In this document: positions 18,726-27,711 of the stretch, piece after piece | Layout of the letters: every line of letters starts with the position of its first letter | How positions within the stretch are numbered: the first letter of the stretch is position 1 | Source of the DNA: Bacilli bacterium | Lineage (GTDB): Bacteria; Bacillota_I; Bacilli_A; RF39; UBA660 | Length of the DNA: 64,000 nt | Assembly (NCBI GenBank): GCA_017428485.1 | Contig: JAFRQT010000026.1 | Location: 8,699-72,698, forward strand | Direction: 5' to 3' | Program-made: the position numbers and the translations under genes | Notes under the pieces: generated by a model | Told to the model about the DNA's origin: nothing | Database searches by the model: none | Seen by the model: only the letters and a program-made list of their open reading frames with translations

Positions 18726-20580
18726 TATTATATTCCTTTTTTAAATATACAAGTAACATTGTTATATCAGATGGATTTACTCCACTTATCCTAGAAGCCT
18801 GCCCTATTGTTAAAGGTCTTACTTTTGATAATTTTTGACGCGCTTCAGTAGCTATATTTGATACTCTATCATAATCTATATCATTTGGTATTTTTTTATC
18901 TTCTAGTTTTAGCATTTTTTCTACTTCATTCTTAGCTTTATTAATATAACCTTCATATTTGATTTCTATTTGCACCATATCAGCTATTTTATCATCATAT
19001 TTGTAATTAAAGTAATTAAGAATATCTTCTATTTCTATCTCTGGTCTTTTTATTAAATCTTTTATTGATGTTTTTCCATATATATTTGATGTTCCGATAG
19101 AATCTAAAAATTCATTTATTTCTTTTGTTGGAGTAATATATGTTTCTTCTAAATATTTATTTAAATTAGTCATTTCATTTAACATATTTCTATATATATT
19201 ATATTTTTCATCATCAATTAATCCTACTTTTCTTCCATATTCAGTTAGTCTTAATGATGCATTATCATGTCTTAATAATAATCTAAATTCAGCTCTTGAG
19301 GTGAGTAATCTATAGGGTTCGGTTATTCCTTTATTAATTAAATCATCAATTAGCACTCCTATATATGCTTCATTTCTTTTTAATATAAATGGTTCTTTTC
19401 CTTGTAGATTTAAAACTGCATTTATTCCAGCTATTAAACCCTGAGCAGCAGCTTCTTCATATCCACTTGTTCCATTTATTTGACCTGCAGTATATAAATT
19501 TTTAATTATTTTATTTTCCAATGTCATATTTAATTGAAGTGGATCTATTGCATCATATTCTATAGCATAACCATATTTAGTTATTACTACATTGTGTAAC
19601 CCATCCATAGTCTTTAATAACTTTTCTTGAATATCATGAGGCATTGTTGTTGAAAATCCTCCAACGTAATATTCTATATCATCGCTTCTTTCAGGTTCTA
19701 AGAATATTTGATGTCTTTCTTTATCACTAAACTTGACTACTTTATCTTCAATAGATGGACAATATCTTGGCCCTACTCCTTTAATCATTCCACTATAAAG
19801 AGCACATTTATCTAGGTTGTCCATTATTATTTTATGTGTTTCTTTATTTGTATATGTTAAGTAACATGGAACTTGTTTATTAATGTCATATGTTGCTTTA
19901 TAAAAATTACTAAATGTTAAATATTCATTATCACCTAGTTCTTCTTTCACTTCATTAAAATTAATACTACTTTTTAGTATTCTAGGAGGCGTTCCAGTTT
20001 TTAATCTAATTAATTTAATTCCATTTTCTTCTAAATTCTTACTTAAAAACATTGAATTTTTTTCACCATGAGGTCCACCCTTATACTTATTGTGCCCACA
20101 CATTATGTCAGAATTTAAATAAGTTCCAGTTGTTAATATTACTATCTTTGAATTAATATTTTCACCAGATTCAGTAATTATTCCTTTTACTGTTTTGTCT
20201 TCAACAATTAGTTCTTTTACAGTATCTTCTTTTAATTCTAAATTTTTTGTATTATTTAATGTATTCAACATCTGTTTTGGATAATTAACTTTACAACCTT
20301 GTGCTCTTAAAGAACGCACTCCAGGTCCTTTTTTAACATTCAACATTTTTATTTGAAGTAATGTTCTATCAGCACAATATCCCATCTCTCCACCTAATGC
20401 ATCTATTTCTCTTACAACTATTCCTTTAGCAGAACCTCCAATTGATGGATTACATGGCATATCTGCTATATTATTAAGATTAGTAGTTACTAATAATGTT
20501 TTCATTCCCATTCTTGCACAAGAAAGAGATGCTTCACAACCAGCATGACCTCCACCAACAACTATGATGTCATAATTCAT
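18718..20580 (-). CDS. mnmG: tRNA uridine 5-carboxymethylaminomethyl modification enzyme MnmG (GidA)
   Basis: FAD motif YDIIVVGGGHAGCEA with full-length conservation. ATG 20580 is preferred over TTG 20604. Confidence 0.95.
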   Translation of the reverse strand: MNYDIIVVGGGHAGCEASLSCARMGMKTLLVTTNLNNIADMPCNPSIGGSAKGIVVREIDALGGEMGYCADRTLLQIKMLNVKKGPGVRSLRAQGCKVNYPKQMLNTLNNTKNLELKEDTVKELIVEDKTVKGIITESGENINSKIVILTTGTYLNSDIMCGHNKYKGGPHGEKNSMFLSKNLEENGIKLIRLKTGTPPRILKSSINFNEVKEELGDNEYLTFSNFYKATYDINKQVPCYLTYTNKETHKIIMDNLDKCALYSGMIKGVGPRYCPSIEDKVVKFSDKERHQIFLEPERSDDIEYYVGGFSTTMPHDIQEKLLKTMDGLHNVVITKYGYAIEYDAIDPLQLNMTLENKIIKNLYTAGQINGTSGYEEAAAQGLIAGINAVLNLQGKEPFILKRNEAYIGVLIDDLINKGITEPYRLLTSRAEFRLLLRHDNASLRLTEYGRKVGLIDDEKYNIYRNMLNEMTNLNKYLEETYITPTKEINEFLDSIGTSNIYGKTSIKDLIKRPEIEIEDILNYFNYKYDDKIADMVQIEIKYEGYINKAKNEVEKMLKLEDKKIPNDIDYDRVSNIATEARQKLSKVRPLTIGQASRISGVNPSDITMLLVYLKKEYNNE

Positions 20581-20588
20581 AATATCAT

Positions 20589-21941
20589 CTACTTTCCTAG
20601 GCAAAATTTACTGAATATTTCATTTATTAAATCATCACTACCTACATCTCCAGTAATTTCACTTAATTTTTCCCATAATCTTTTTACATCTATTTCTATC
20701 ATATCAATTTCTAAATTATTTTCTATAGCACTATTGATTTCTTTAATAATGTCTACACAATTATTTAATAAAGCTATTTGACGTGCATTTGAAATATATG
20801 TGTAATTTGATTCTGCTATACTTGATAAATCAAATATATCTGATATTTTTTCTTTTAATTTATCTATCTTTTTAGAATCAAAAGTTGATATATTTAAATG
20901 ATTATATTTTGTTAATTTTTCTTCTGAGTAATTTTCATTTAAATCACTTTTATTGTAAATAACAAGTACTTCTTTATTATTAATTTTATTTAATATTTCT
21001 TCATCTTCATCAGTAAAACCATCGCTACTGTCAATAACAAATAGTACTAAATCCGCATCATTTATTGCATTAACACTTCGAGATACTCCTATACTTTCAA
21101 CAATATCTTCTGTTTTTCTTATTCCTGCTGTATCTAATATATCAATTTTAATACCTTCAATTAATAAATTTCCCTCAACTATATCCCTTGTTGTTCCTTT
21201 AACATCTGTAACAATTGCTTTTTCTTCATTCAATAATGAATTTAATATACTGCTTTTACCTACATTTGGCTTACCTACTATAACTATTTTTAAACCATTT
21301 TTAACTAGTAATCCTTTTTTACTATTTTTTAACAATTTATTTATCTTATTATTAATATATTCAGTATTTTCTTTAATCATTTCTTTAGTTACAACAACTG
21401 CATCTTCATATTCTGGATAATCTATATTTACTTCAATATTAGCTATTAATGATAAAACTTTTTCTTTTAATTCATTTATTATATTGTATATTGTTTTATC
21501 TATTCCTCTTATAGCCATTTTTCTTGAACTTTCACTTTGAGAACTAATTAAATCACTTACGGCTTCAGCCTGTGTTAGATCAATTCTTCCATTTAAAAAA
21601 GCTCTTTTTAGAAATTCACCTGGTTCGGCAAGTCTAGCTCCATTTGATAATAATAATTCCATTACTTTGTTAACGGATGTACTTCCACCATGAGTACTTA
21701 TTTCTACTACATCTTCTCTAGTAAATGTTTTTGGAGATAAAAATACAGTTAGTAATACTTCATCTATTTTTTCATTATTTTCCATAATAAAACCATAATG
21801 TACAGTATGTGATTTTACATTACTTATATCTTTTGAAAATATTTTATTTGCAATATTTATAGATTCTTTTCCACTTAATCTAATAACATTAATAGAACTT
21901 TCACCTACTAATGTTGCAACCGCAGCTATAGTATCTTCCAT
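20589..21941 (-). CDS. mnmE: tRNA modification GTPase MnmE (TrmE)
   Basis: G1 GKPNVGKSS, G3 DTAG, NKSD and a C-terminal CLGK. AAGGAGG lies 6 nt before ATG 21941. Confidence 0.95.
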   Translation of the reverse strand: MEDTIAAVATLVGESSINVIRLSGKESINIANKIFSKDISNVKSHTVHYGFIMENNEKIDEVLLTVFLSPKTFTREDVVEISTHGGSTSVNKVMELLLSNGARLAEPGEFLKRAFLNGRIDLTQAEAVSDLISSQSESSRKMAIRGIDKTIYNIINELKEKVLSLIANIEVNIDYPEYEDAVVVTKEMIKENTEYINNKINKLLKNSKKGLLVKNGLKIVIVGKPNVGKSSILNSLLNEEKAIVTDVKGTTRDIVEGNLLIEGIKIDILDTAGIRKTEDIVESIGVSRSVNAINDADLVLFVIDSSDGFTDEDEEILNKINNKEVLVIYNKSDLNENYSEEKLTKYNHLNISTFDSKKIDKLKEKISDIFDLSSIAESNYTYISNARQIALLNNCVDIIKEINSAIENNLEIDMIEIDVKRLWEKLSEITGDVGSDDLINEIFSKFCLGK

Positions 21942-21981
21942 ATTTTCCTCCTTTTTCTTCACGCTAGATTATAGCATAATA

Positions 21982-22018
21982 TAAAAAAGAATAAAAGTAT
22001 TTTATTACTTTTATTCTT
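21982..22018 (-). terminator. putative terminator/attenuating hairpin between jag and mnmE
   Basis: 13-bp arms AAGAATAAAAGTA / TACTTTTATTCTT with a U-run on the minus strand. Confidence 0.4.
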
Positions 22019-22631
22019 CATTATTTTCAACGTATTTTATAACAACACATCTATTAGGTTCTTCGCCTTCACTTTCGGTTTTAATATATTTAAATCCTTG
22101 AAGTGCAGAGTGAACAACTTTTCTTTCATATGAATTCATTGGATCTAGTTTTACATCTACTTTTGATAATGTTACTTCTCTAGCTATTTTTTTAACTTTT
22201 TTTTCTAAAAAATAATTTTGTTTTTCTTTATATCTTTCAACATCTACAGAAATATTAACGTATAGATCAATTGCATTAAATATTGCTTGTCTTACATATG
22301 TTTGAATTGAATCTAATATATGTCCTTTTTTTCCAATTAATACTGAATTATTTTGTGAAAAAATTTCATATTTAATTTGTGATTCTCTTATTTTTGTTTC
22401 AATATTTGTTTTAATTCCTATATTATTTAGTAATTCTTCTAATATTTCTTTACCTAATGCAGCTACATCACTTAATTTAACTACTTCTAATGTAATTTTT
22501 TTACCGCTAAATAATCCACCTTTTTCTTCATACATTTTTGTTAATACATCTTCTGCTTTTAGATTTAATTCACCAAGTGCTTTATCTAGTAAACCTTCTT
22601 CACTTTTTGCTTGAAATTTGTACTTCTCCAT
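22011..22631 (-). CDS. jag: RNA-binding protein Jag/KhpB (KH + R3H)
   Basis: Jag_N, KH-like (VLIGKKGHILDSIQ) and R3H (LDPMNSYERKVVH) elements. Conserved position after yidC. Confidence 0.85.
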   Translation of the reverse strand: MEKYKFQAKSEEGLLDKALGELNLKAEDVLTKMYEEKGGLFSGKKITLEVVKLSDVAALGKEILEELLNNIGIKTNIETKIRESQIKYEIFSQNNSVLIGKKGHILDSIQTYVRQAIFNAIDLYVNISVDVERYKEKQNYFLEKKVKKIAREVTLSKVDVKLDPMNSYERKVVHSALQGFKYIKTESEGEEPNRCVVIKYVENNEE

Positions 22632-22635
22632 AATA

Positions 22636-23544
22636 CTACAACTTACCTTTCTTTAAAATTAAATTTTGTATTATTGTAAATCCGTTTGAAACAATCCAAT
22701 ATAATGCTATTGATGTTGGTAAAGTAAATGAAACCATAGAAATAAATACTATCATAAATGTACTCATCATTTTCATTTGCTTTGCCTGTTCAGCATTACC
22801 ATTCATATTCATATTTTTAAATGATAAATATGTTGCTCCTATAATTAATAATACAAGAATAATATACCAATAATTACCTGCTTTAAATCCCTCTAATGGT
22901 GTTTGACCTAAATTGAAAACTAAAAAATTGTTTTCAAAAAATGCTGGTACTCTATAAACTGCTTCTAAAAAAGCAAAAAATATTGGTAATTGTAAAAATG
23001 CAAATAAACATCCTGACATTGGACTAATATTATATTTCTTATATATAATCATCATTTCTTGACTCTTAGCCATCATAGATTCTTTATCATTTTTATCTTT
23101 ATATTTTCTTTCTAAGCTATCTAGATCTTTTTGAGCTTTTTTCATATTTTCGCTCATGTTGGTAGATTTTTTAGATAGTGGGAACATTATTGCTCTTAAA
23201 AGAAAACCAACTATCATAATTGCAAGACCATTACTTTTAACCAATAATCCAATTTTTACAATAATCCACGCAAGTGGTTTTACAAATATAGATGTCCACA
23301 ATCCTTCATATCCACCTGAATTAATTTTTAATTTTGGACAGTTTGGTAATTTATCATAATCTACCTTTAGTTGTTCTTTATTTTCTTCATATATTTTCTG
23401 CAATTCTTCACTTTCAGGTTTGCAAATAATATTTGAAACATATGATTTTTGATTTTTACCATCTTCATCTTTTATATTAAATCTTTTAGTACAACCAGAT
23501 AATGTAATTAAGATTAATATAAGAATTAATATTTTCTTTTTCAT
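22636..23544 (-). CDS. yidC: membrane protein insertase YidC/SpoIIIJ (lipoprotein)
   Basis: Lipobox LSGC and an Oxa1-family multi-TM core. Located between rnpA and jag. Confidence 0.9.
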   Translation of the reverse strand: MKKKILILILILITLSGCTKRFNIKDEDGKNQKSYVSNIICKPESEELQKIYEENKEQLKVDYDKLPNCPKLKINSGGYEGLWTSIFVKPLAWIIVKIGLLVKSNGLAIMIVGFLLRAIMFPLSKKSTNMSENMKKAQKDLDSLERKYKDKNDKESMMAKSQEMMIIYKKYNISPMSGCLFAFLQLPIFFAFLEAVYRVPAFFENNFLVFNLGQTPLEGFKAGNYWYIILVLLIIGATYLSFKNMNMNGNAEQAKQMKMMSTFMIVFISMVSFTLPTSIALYWIVSNGFTIIQNLILKKGKL

Positions 23545-23864
23545 TTTGTATTTCCTTTCAATAAATTAATTATTTCATCTCTCATTTCAATATATGTTAG
23601 ACTGATAACACCATTCCTTAATATTATAACATAATCATAAGAACTATCTAGATTATTTTTCATTAATATATCTTTAACTTTTCTTTTTAATAAATTTCTC
23701 ACATTAGCTTTGCCTATTTTTTTGCTCACACTAATACAAAATCTATTATAGTTAAGATTATTAGTATCATAATATATAATAAAATTTTTTCCAACTATCT
23801 TTTTATTACTTTTAATAATCTTTTCAATATCCTGATTTTTTCTTATAATATATTTTTTGTTCAT
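23541..23864 (-). CDS. rnpA: ribonuclease P protein component
   Basis: Small basic protein directly downstream of rpmH, with a FCISVSKKIGKANVRNLLKR (RNR-like) block. Confidence 0.85.
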   Translation of the reverse strand: MNKKYIIRKNQDIEKIIKSNKKIVGKNFIIYYDTNNLNYNRFCISVSKKIGKANVRNLLKRKVKDILMKNNLDSSYDYVIILRNGVISLTYIEMRDEIINLLKGNTK

Positions 23865-23923
23865 AATATTTCCTTTTCGAATAATATTATATAAAAAAAA
23901 TTACTTAATTTAAAGTAATTTAT

Positions 23924-24046
23924 TTATTTTGATAATTCTTTTCTTCCTTTTGCTCTTCTTGATTTTAATACTGAACTACCTCTTCTAGATAAAAAACCTG
24001 ATGTTTTACTTTTTTTACTATTATTAGGTTGAAATGTTCTTTTCAT
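23924..24046 (-). CDS. rpmH: 50S ribosomal protein L34
   Basis: Not in the ORF track. Hand translation gives [48 protein letters not shown] upstream. Confidence 0.93.
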   Translation of the reverse strand: MKRTFQPNNSKKSKTSGFLSRRGSSVLKSRRAKGRKELSK

Positions 24047-24395
24047 AATTTTCCTCCCTTTCTTAATTACTGAATTAGATTATATAATATCAATTTACAA
24101 TTGTCAATTTTTATATTTTTTAAAAATATTATGTTAACTTCTATTTAATTATATTAACAACATATTAACAAAATAAAAAATAGTTATTAACAAATTATCA
24201 ACATAAAAATTATATGTTAATAAAATTTTGTTGATATTGTTGATAACTTATTAAAATACCTATAAATTCGACATAAAATTGTTTACATTATCAACAATTG
24301 TTGTTAATATAAATGTTAATAAAATTTTTTACTTTGACATTGCAAATGGATGATTTATAATTTTATTAGAAGTATTTGAGAAAGGAATTTAGATT
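24047..24395. other. oriC, upstream DnaA-box cluster (rpmH-dnaA spacer)
   Basis: TTATCAACA at 24195-24203 and 24288-24296 (+). TGTTGATAA at 24238-24246 and TGTTGATAT at 24229-24237 (-). Several TTAACA/TTATTAACA variants. The gene-strand switch occurs here. Confidence 0.8.
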
Positions 24396-25787
24396 ATGAG
24401 TAATGATGCTATATGGGAAAAATTTTTAACTAGAATAAAATCTAAAGTTTCTCTGATGTCATTTAATTATATTTTTAAAGATCTTAGACTTTACTCATAT
24501 GAAAATTCAAAAATAACAATAGTTATACCTTCAAATGAGTTGCTACTCCAAAATATAAATAAAAATTATAATGATATAATTGAAGAAATATTAAATGATA
24601 TTACAAATGATACATGTGAGATAAAATATGTTTTTGATAAAGATATAGACAAAATATTATTGGATAATAAAATTGTAAATATTGATGAAATTGAAACTAA
24701 AAAAGAAAAAAATGATTTAGATAAATATAATTATAGTAGCAATTTTAATCCAAAATATACTTTTGATACTTTTATTGTTGGTGAATCTAATAAATTAGCT
24801 TATGGAACAGCATTATCTGTAGCAAAAAATCCTGGTAAATTATACAATCCTTATTTTATATATGCTAAAAGTGGACTTGGTAAAACTCATTTAATGCATG
24901 CTATTGGTAATTATATTGTTAGTCATTCAGATAAAAAAGTTTTATATATTACAGCAGAACAATTTACTATTGATTATAGATCTATTTTAAATTATAAGAA
25001 TAAAAATGATAATAATTTTTCATATTTAGAAGCTTTTAGAGAAAAATATAGAAATGTTGATGTTTTAATGATTGATGACATTCAATTTTTAGAAAATATG
25101 CCTAAATCTCAAGTAGAATTTACAAATACATTTAATAGTTTATATGAAAATGAAAAACAAATAATTATTGCTTCTGATACATCTATTAATGATTATAAGA
25201 AAATTGAAGAAAGACTGAAAACAAGATTTAGATGGGGTTTAACTGAATCAATTAATCCACCTGAAATAGAATTAAAGAAAAATATTATAAGAAATAAAAT
25301 TAAAATTAATAATTATGATTTAGATATTAGTGATAACGTAGTTGATTATATTGCAAATAACTGCGGTAGTGACATTAGAAATTTAGAAGGTGCAGTTGTA
25401 AGAATAATTGCATATAAAGCTACATTTAACATTCCAGTTGTTACTTTAGAAATAGCACAAGAAGCATTAAAAGAATTCGTTCCTACTGTTGTTTATAGTA
25501 CTAATTCTGTTACTAAAATAATTGAAATAGTAGCTAAATACTTTAATTTAGATTCTGCAATGTTAAAAGGCAAAATGAAAAAGAAAAATGTTACAGATGC
25601 TCGTGCAATAGCGATGTATTTAAGTAGAAACATGACTGATGAAAGTTTAGAAAGGATAGGATTAGAATTTGGAGGTAGAGATCATTCAACAGTAATATAT
25701 TCTTATGAGAAAATATCTAATGAATTAAAAACTAATATTCAGTTACAACAAGAAATAAAAAAATTAAAAGATAAAATTTGTGAATAA
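24396..25787 (+). CDS. dnaA: chromosomal replication initiator protein DnaA
   Basis: AAA+ Walker A GKSGLGKTHL, Walker B LMIDDIQF, and a domain IV DnaA signature (GGRDHSTVIYS). Confidence 0.97.
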   Translation: MSNDAIWEKFLTRIKSKVSLMSFNYIFKDLRLYSYENSKITIVIPSNELLLQNINKNYNDIIEEILNDITNDTCEIKYVFDKDIDKILLDNKIVNIDEIETKKEKNDLDKYNYSSNFNPKYTFDTFIVGESNKLAYGTALSVAKNPGKLYNPYFIYAKSGLGKTHLMHAIGNYIVSHSDKKVLYITAEQFTIDYRSILNYKNKNDNNFSYLEAFREKYRNVDVLMIDDIQFLENMPKSQVEFTNTFNSLYENEKQIIIASDTSINDYKKIEERLKTRFRWGLTESINPPEIELKKNIIRNKIKINNYDLDISDNVVDYIANNCGSDIRNLEGAVVRIIAYKATFNIPVVTLEIAQEALKEFVPTVVYSTNSVTKIIEIVAKYFNLDSAMLKGKMKKKNVTDARAIAMYLSRNMTDESLERIGLEFGGRDHSTVIYSYEKISNELKTNIQLQQEIKKLKDKICE

Positions 25788-25912
25788 ATGTTAACAAATT
25801 AACATAATTATATTCACTAAAAAATATAGTAATTAAAATAAAAAATAGAAGTTATCAACAAACTAACATCTATAATAATATAATAAATAATAAAAAAAAG
25901 GAGGATTTTATT
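25788..25912. other. oriC, downstream part (dnaA-dnaN spacer): DnaA box plus AT-rich candidate unwinding element
   Basis: TTATCAACA at 25852-25860, followed by the nearly pure A/T run CTATAATAATATAATAAATAATAAAAAAAA. Confidence 0.5.
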
Positions 25913-27031
25913 ATGAAGATGATAATTGAAAAAAGAATTTTAATGGAAGGATTAAATAATGTAAGTAGAGCACTTAGTACAAGAAATATAATACCAGTAC
26001 TTAATGGAATTAAATTTGAATTAACTAAAAAAGGTTTATATTTAACTGCTACAGATAATGATATTACTATCAATGATTTTATTGATAAGAAAAATATAAT
26101 AAGTATAGAAGAAACAGGATGTACTATTATATATGGAAAAACATTATTAACTACTATTAGTAAATTACAAAATACTAATATTATTGTTGAAAATTTTGAA
26201 AATAATGAAGTTTCTTTTCAAACTGAAACAGGAGGTATTTATAATTTTCCATGTTTTAATGAAGAAGATTTTCCAAATATAACTTTAGAAGAATCAAAAA
26301 CACCTATTATATTAGATGGCTTAAAGTTTAAAGAAATCATTAACAATACATCATTTGCATGTTCATTACAAGAAAGCAGACCGCTTTTAACAGGTGTTAA
26401 TATAAAATTAATTGGAAATTTATTTGAATGTGTTGCTACTGACTCATATAGATTATCAAAGGTAAGTATTAATTTAGATCAAATATATAGTGAAAATATT
26501 AATATAGTAATTCCAGCTAGAAATATAAATGAACTTTCAAAAATAATTGATAATGAAGATAAAATTGAAATTCATGTTTTTTCTAATAAGGCATTATTTA
26601 AATTTGGAAATATAATGTTTCAAACATCATTATTAAATGGTACTTATCCTAATACAGATAATTCAATCCCAAAAGAATTTAAATATAGAATTAAAGCTAA
26701 TTTAAAAGATTTCTATAATTTATTAGATACAGCATCTTCTTTAACACAATCAAAAGAAAAAAATATAGTAGATTTAGAAATTAATAATAATAATTTAATA
26801 GTTAGTGCAAGCAGTTTAGAAGGAAAAGGCAAAGATAAAATTGAAATTGAAAACGAATTAAATAATAATATAAAAATATCATTTAGTGTTAGATATATGT
26901 TAGATGCTTTAAAGGTATTTAATAATGAATATGTATATATTTTATTAAATGGTGAGATAAGTCCAATAATTTTAAAAGAAGTGAATAATGATGAATTAAT
27001 TGAATTAATTTTACCTATGAAAACATATTAA
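25913..27031 (+). CDS. dnaN: DNA polymerase III beta sliding clamp
   Basis: Typical length, three-domain pattern and position after dnaA. AAGGAGG RBS. Confidence 0.95.
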   Translation: MKMIIEKRILMEGLNNVSRALSTRNIIPVLNGIKFELTKKGLYLTATDNDITINDFIDKKNIISIEETGCTIIYGKTLLTTISKLQNTNIIVENFENNEVSFQTETGGIYNFPCFNEEDFPNITLEESKTPIILDGLKFKEIINNTSFACSLQESRPLLTGVNIKLIGNLFECVATDSYRLSKVSINLDQIYSENINIVIPARNINELSKIIDNEDKIEIHVFSNKALFKFGNIMFQTSLLNGTYPNTDNSIPKEFKYRIKANLKDFYNLLDTASSLTQSKEKNIVDLEINNNNLIVSASSLEGKGKDKIEIENELNNNIKISFSVRYMLDALKVFNNEYVYILLNGEISPIILKEVNNDELIELILPMKTY

Positions 27032-27057
27032 AAAACGAATTTTTCGTTTTTTTTTTT
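27030..27057 (+). terminator. rho-independent terminator after dnaN
   Basis: AAACGAA-TTT-TTCGTTT followed by a T10 run. Confidence 0.6.
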
Positions 27058-27070
27058 AATTTTTTTATAA

Positions 27071-27121
27071 ATTTGACAAAATTCGATAAATATCGACAAA
27101 TGCTATATGTTATTGTATAAA
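27071..27121 (+). promoter_or_regulatory. three phased 10-bp direct repeats overlapping a promoter for the ComK-family gene
   Basis: ATTTGACAAA / ATTCGATAAA / TATCGACAAA at 27071-27100. TCGACA (27093-27098), a 17-bp spacer, then the extended -10 TGTATAAA (27114-27121). Confidence 0.45.
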
Positions 27122-27148
27122 ACATTATTTAAGAAAGGGGGAAAATTC

Positions 27149-27607
27149 ATGAATTACGAAATTAATTATGATACACAGCTTATTATGCCCATAAATGAAC
27201 AGCAATCTAAAATCATAGAAAATGAAGATGAATATATTATTAATAATACAACTCTTGAAATAATGGAGCATAGTTGTGAATATTTTGGCAGTTCATTTCA
27301 GGGAAGAAAAGATGGAACTAAAAAATTACTTGGTATTACTCATAAGTCACCTATAATAGTTGAAGAAAGTAATAAAGTAATATTTTTTCCTACTGTTTCG
27401 CCTGAAAATGAGGAATGTTCTTGGATAAATTTAGAATCTATTGATAAGTATTATAAAATTAATTCTAACAAATCAGCCATATTATTTAAAAATGGAACTT
27501 TGATAGAATTTAATATTTCTTATGGCTCTTTAAGTAATCAAATTTTAAGAGCAACTAGATTAAAATATGTACTTGAAGAAAGAACAGAAAAAAAGAGTAA
27601 TTTTTAA
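27149..27607 (+). CDS. comK: ComK-family competence transcription factor homologue
   Basis: SCEYFGSSFQGRKDGT..THKSPIIV..IFFPTVSP..CSWI..ISYGSLSNQILRA parallels the B. subtilis ComK blocks. GGGGG RBS before ATG 27149. Confidence 0.78.
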   Translation: MNYEINYDTQLIMPINEQQSKIIENEDEYIINNTTLEIMEHSCEYFGSSFQGRKDGTKKLLGITHKSPIIVEESNKVIFFPTVSPENEECSWINLESIDKYYKINSNKSAILFKNGTLIEFNISYGSLSNQILRATRLKYVLEERTEKKSNF

Positions 27608-27711
27608 AATTATTCTTTTTTTAATACCTATTTTGTGATATAATTATTATGTGTGTAGGAGTACATAAAAAGATAAAAAATAAAATTTGGGGTCAAAAAT
27701 GAGGTTTAAAA

